Below, piece after piece: positions 60,556-64,000 of a stretch of 64,000 bases of DNA. The translations under genes and the position numbers were made by a program. Source of the DNA: Solirubrobacteraceae bacterium (GTDB taxonomy: Bacteria; Actinomycetota; Thermoleophilia; Solirubrobacterales; Solirubrobacteraceae); contig JAWVGJ010000075.1 of assembly GCA_033855115.1 (NCBI GenBank), forward strand, positions 751 through 64,750. Direction: 5' to 3'. Under the pieces are notes generated by a model. The model did no database searches. It saw only the letters and a list, made by a program, of their open reading frames with translations, and had not been told where the DNA came from. Numbering within the stretch: position 1 is the first letter of the stretch; every line of letters begins with the position of its first letter.

Positions 60556-61485
60556 ATGAGCGCGCTCGCATGGCGCCACGACATGTTCGTCTACGACGAC
60601 GACGACGCATACTCGCGGCTGATCGCCCCGTACCTCGAAGAGGGACTTGACGAGGGCGAGGCGCTCATGGCGGTGTTCGTTCCCGCCAAGCAATCGCTGT
60701 TGCGCGATGCGCTTGGATCCAGGTCGGACGCAGTCGACTTCACGGATGCCAACGACGTCTACACGCGGCCGGAAGCGGTCCTGTCGCGATACGACGCCAG
60801 GATGCGCCGGGTCCTGCGCGACGGCGCGCAGTCGATCCGCTTCATCGGCGAGTTGCCACTCTGCGAGACGGCGCAACAGTGGGACACATGGATGCTCTAC
60901 GAGGCGCTCCTCAACCATGCCTTCACGCATTTACCGCTGCGAGTGGCGTGTACCTACGACGAACGCGTGGTGCCTGCCTCCGTGTTGCAGAAGTCGCGGT
61001 GCACGCACCCGCACATTCACACCGGCGACTGGGACGGCGGCGACTGGCACGAAAGCCCGCACTTCGATCCCAGCGAGATGGTGCGCTCGTTGACGCCCGG
61101 TCCCGAGCCGCTGCCTGGCCTGCGTGAGGTGTCGCCCGGCGAGAGCGCCCGCAGCCTGCGTGAGCGGCTCGCCAACGAACTGGACGCCGACGCGGTGCCA
61201 GCCGACCGGGCGCGGAACATGCTGGTGGCCGCCGGCGAGGTCGCCGCCAACGCGCATCGCCACGCAGCCGGCCTGCGGCGGATGCGCGTCGGCCGCGTCG
61301 ATGGTCATTTCGTCTGCGAGCTCTCAGACGAGGGGCCGGGCTTCGACGACCCGCTCGCCGGTTACTGCCCACCTCGCGAGGGGGCCGTCGAGGGCGGCGG
61401 ACTGTGGGTTGCTCGCCAACTCACGTCGCGACTCGACCTTCACCCCGGACCTTACGGCGGGCTTAGCGCCCGGCTGTGGGTCTGA
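60556..61485 (+). CDS. MEDS-domain protein fused to an RsbW-like HATPase (anti-sigma-factor kinase-like) domain
   Basis: N-terminus HDMFVYDDDDAYSRLIAPYLEEGLDEGEALMAVF (MEDS-like). C-terminus AAGEVAANAHRHA...ELSDEGPGFDDP...GGGLWVARQL (HATPase_c_2-like). Confidence 0.65.
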   Translation: MSALAWRHDMFVYDDDDAYSRLIAPYLEEGLDEGEALMAVFVPAKQSLLRDALGSRSDAVDFTDANDVYTRPEAVLSRYDARMRRVLRDGAQSIRFIGELPLCETAQQWDTWMLYEALLNHAFTHLPLRVACTYDERVVPASVLQKSRCTHPHIHTGDWDGGDWHESPHFDPSEMVRSLTPGPEPLPGLREVSPGESARSLRERLANELDADAVPADRARNMLVAAGEVAANAHRHAAGLRRMRVGRVDGHFVCELSDEGPGFDDPLAGYCPPREGAVEGGGLWVARQLTSRLDLHPGPYGGLSARLWV

Positions 61486-61637
61486 CCATCCTCGAGGGAG
61501 GCGCACACAGCGAGGATATGACTGCTCGGCGCGGCGACTTCGCGACGCCACATCGCGACGCGGAAGCGCTGTTCGGCGACGTGCAGCGGCTTGGCCGGGT
61601 GTCGCAAAGCCCGCCTGACGACAAGTAGCCTTCGCCC

Positions 61638-62495
61638 ATGTCCCGCACGTCCGCGCTTGAGACATGGCAGGCGGTCAGCCGCACGCCGGATGCGCGCCTG
61701 CGCCACAACGTCCTGTCGTACACCGGCTACGTCGAACGCGCGGCCGCACCGATGCGGCGTCTGGAGGTGCCGTTCGCAGGAATCCCGCTGATCCTCAGCC
61801 TCGGTCCGTCGTTGCTCGTCGACGGCGTGCGCCATCAATCGTTCGTTGCGGGCCTCGACGACGCGGTCACAGTGACGGAGTACGCGGGAGAGCAGTGCGG
61901 GATTCAGGTCAATCTCTCCCCGCTCGGCGCGCGGCGCCTGCTCGGGCTGCCAATGGCCGAGCTCGCGCGGCGAGTCGTCGCGCTGCAGGACGTGCTGGGC
62001 GATCGAGCCGAGCAGCTCGTCGAGCGGTTGCACGACGCGCAGGGATGGGAGGCGCGCTTCGCGCTGCTCGACGCCGTGCTGTTGCGGAGGCTGGATGAGG
62101 CCGCGCCCGTCGCGGCTGGGATCGAGCATGCCTGGGCGCGGCTTAAGGCAAGCCAAGGCGCAGTCAGGATCGGGGTGCTGGCAGAGGAGGTGGGGTGGAG
62201 CCGGCGACATCTCGCGGCACGCTTCCAAGCCGAGGTCGGCCTGCCGCCGAAGGCCGTCGCGCGGATCCTGCGCTTCGAGCGGGTGACGCAGACGTTGCGC
62301 ACCGCGGGCGCCAACGGCCTGGCCGAGGTCGCCTACGCCTGCGGCTACGCCGACCAGGCGCACCTCAACCGCGACTTCCGCGCCTTCGCGGGTACCACGC
62401 CGACGGACTTCGCCGCGCGCCTGCTGCCAGGCGGTGCCGGCGTCGCCGGGAACGAGTTCCCAAACGTCCAAGACGCACTCGCCGACGCGGCGTAG
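61638..62495 (+). CDS. AraC-family transcriptional regulator
   Basis: C-terminal double HTH: LAEEVGWSRRHLAARFQAEVGLPPKAVARILRFERV...EVAYACGYADQAHLNRDFRAFAGTTP. Confidence 0.88.
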   Translation: MSRTSALETWQAVSRTPDARLRHNVLSYTGYVERAAAPMRRLEVPFAGIPLILSLGPSLLVDGVRHQSFVAGLDDAVTVTEYAGEQCGIQVNLSPLGARRLLGLPMAELARRVVALQDVLGDRAEQLVERLHDAQGWEARFALLDAVLLRRLDEAAPVAAGIEHAWARLKASQGAVRIGVLAEEVGWSRRHLAARFQAEVGLPPKAVARILRFERVTQTLRTAGANGLAEVAYACGYADQAHLNRDFRAFAGTTPTDFAARLLPGGAGVAGNEFPNVQDALADAA

Positions 62496-62504
62496 GTTCA
62501 TCGC

Positions 62505-62879
62505 ATGAGCATCTATCCATCACTGCGCTACCACGACGCTCGCGCCGCCATAGACTGGCTCGCCGAGGCATTCGGCTTCACCGAGAAGGAGGTCCATGCC
62601 GACGCCGGCGGCGTGATTCGCCACGCCGAACTGAGCGGCTTCGGAGGGATCGTCATGCTCGGCACCGAGCCCGAGGACGGCGATCCGCTGTGGGGCAAGC
62701 ACGCCGGCCGGGGCTGGCTCTACCTCTCCACGGAGGATCCCGACGCGCTGCATGACCGCGCGGTCGCTGCCGGCGCGGAGATCGTCAGGCCGCTCACGGA
62801 CACCGACTACGGGTCACGCGACTTCTCGGCCCGCGACCCCGAAGGCAACATCTGGAGCTTCGGGACGTACGCGCCCTGA
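62505..62879 (+). CDS. VOC (glyoxalase/bleomycin-resistance) family protein
   Basis: 124 aa: YHDARAAIDWLAEAFGF...HAEL...DYGSRDFSARDPEGNIWSFGTY. Confidence 0.85.
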   Translation: MSIYPSLRYHDARAAIDWLAEAFGFTEKEVHADAGGVIRHAELSGFGGIVMLGTEPEDGDPLWGKHAGRGWLYLSTEDPDALHDRAVAAGAEIVRPLTDTDYGSRDFSARDPEGNIWSFGTYAP

Positions 62880-62908
62880 GTTGGTCTGCCGTCGCCTATG
62901 CGAGACGC

Positions 62909-62930
62909 CGCGCAGCCGAACGGCTGCGCG
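62909..62930. terminator. 9-bp GC hairpin between convergent VOC and dnaB genes
   Basis: cgcgcagcc-gaac-ggctgcgcg. No U-tract. Confidence 0.35.
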
Positions 62931-63090
62931 GCCGCAACTACGACGCGAACCGCGCGGGGCAAATGCGGCGTCAAGCCGGGGCCGCTGGTACACGACGCGC
63001 CGTACCGGGCGCGGAATATCGCGATCAGACAGACAACCTCGCGAGGTGTTGGAGATCGATCGAACCTCAACGCCGAACATCGGCAAATCG

Positions 63091-64000
63091 CTACGCGTAG
63101 CGCGCGGGCGACGTGTAGTTCAGGAACTTCGGATACTCCTTGGCGAACGTCAGCTCGACGTCGCCGAGCGCGCCGTTACGGTGCTTGGCGATGATGATGT
63201 CCGCGATCCCGGTGCGTTCGGATTCCTTGTCGTAGTACTCGTCGCGGTAGATGAAGGCGACAAGGTCGGCATCCTGCTCGATCTGACCGCTTTCACGCAG
63301 GTCTGACAGGATCGGGCGCTTGTCGGTCCGCGACTCGACTGCGCGGCTGAGCTGCGACAGTGCGATGACCGGCACATGCAGCTCGCGCGCGAGGATCTTC
63401 AGGCCCCGGCTCATCTGCCCGACCTGCTCGACCCGTGACTCGACGCGCCCGTCGGGCCGCAGGAGCTGGAGGTAGTCAACGATGATCAGCCCGAGCGGCT
63501 GCTGCTGATGCAACCGTCGAGACTTCGCCCGGATCTCGAGGATCCCGACATCGGATGAGTCGTCGACGTAGAGCGGTGCCGCCGCGAGCCGCGCGGAAGC
63601 CTTGAGGATGTCCGGCCACTTGTTGTCGGCAACACGGCCCTTGCGCAGCAGGTCGCCCTTGATCCGCCCCTGCGATGCGACGAAGCGCTGCGCCAGCTCG
63701 GTCTCAGACATCTCGAGCGAGAAGAGCGCGACGGGCTTGCCATGGTCGATCGAGGCGTTCTCGGCGATGTTCGTGACGAGCGCTGACTTTCCCATCGACG
63801 GTCTTGCGGCAATGATCACAAGGTTCCCGGGCTGAAATCCGCCCGTGATCTCGTCGAGGTCGCGGAAGCCCGACGGCGTTCCCGTGAGCGCCGTCCCCTC
63901 ACGCGAGAGCTTCTCCATCTTCTTCAGCTCGTCGTCGAGGATCTCTTCGATCGTGCGGAAGTCCTTCCGGCGGTCGTCGTGAGCGACCTCGAGCATCGCG
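63091..64000 (-). CDS. dnaB: replicative DNA helicase DnaB, C-terminal RecA-like domain (gene continues past the right edge)
   Basis: GFRDLDEITGGFQPGNLVIIAARPSMGKSALV, SLEMS, IIVDYLQL, LSQLSR, SDLRESGQIEQDADLV, AKHRNG. No intein in the visible part. Confidence 0.93.
   Translation of the reverse strand, partial: AMLEVAHDDRRKDFRTIEEILDDELKKMEKLSREGTALTGTPSGFRDLDEITGGFQPGNLVIIAARPSMGKSALVTNIAENASIDHGKPVALFSLEMSETELAQRFVASQGRIKGDLLRKGRVADNKWPDILKASARLAAAPLYVDDSSDVGILEIRAKSRRLHQQQPLGLIIVDYLQLLRPDGRVESRVEQVGQMSRGLKILARELHVPVIALSQLSRAVESRTDKRPILSDLRESGQIEQDADLVAFIYRDEYYDKESERTGIADIIIAKHRNGALGDVELTFAKEYPKFLNYTSPARYA

Overview
By eye this is a high-GC (roughly 70%) chromosomal segment spanning the replication-origin neighbourhood of an Actinomycetota-like bacterium. 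Gene order and the Firmicute-style respiratory genes suggest a deep-branching lineage such as Thermoleophilia or Rubrobacteria, but that is inference only. Minus strand: gyrA (interrupted by a 420-aa LAGLIDADG intein at the catalytic Tyr), gyrB, dciA (DUF721), recF, dnaN, dnaA. Diverging on the plus strand: rpmH, rnpA, yidD, yidC, jag, a small LAGLIDADG-like ORF, rsmG, parA, parB, tRNA-Ile. After tRNA-Ile comes a decayed accessory islet: Uma2 nuclease, orphan GH19 lysin, truncated and frameshifted IS transposase, DUF3800. Next is a two-component system with a lipoprotein/ABC (FtsX) export module. Housekeeping and envelope genes follow: map, a GS-like gene, ddl, a GtrA plus two GT-C glycosyltransferase cluster, and ymdB. 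Then a heme/quinone/respiration block: hemB, a fused siroheme-decarboxylase-like gene, hemL, qcrABC of the b6c type, menG, hepT, then tatA and tatC. After tRNA-Lys a second, lower-GC islet carries Fic, a 2OG oxygenase, an HTH protein and DUF1841. The window ends with wecB, purA, a DnaI/DnaC-like loader, a MEDS-kinase fusion, an AraC/VOC pair and the 3' part of dnaB. I saw no rRNA genes or CRISPR arrays. Most worth a second look: the operon-embedded free-standing LAGLIDADG ORF, DciA and a DnaI/DnaC-like loader in the same genome, the siroheme-decarboxylase fusion inside a heme operon, a possible HepS-like degenerate prenyl-synthase ORF, a structured unassigned RNA-like element downstream of gyrA, an expanded TatC, and the two tRNA-flanked islets. 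All family calls come from reading the translated ORFs by eye; no searches were run.
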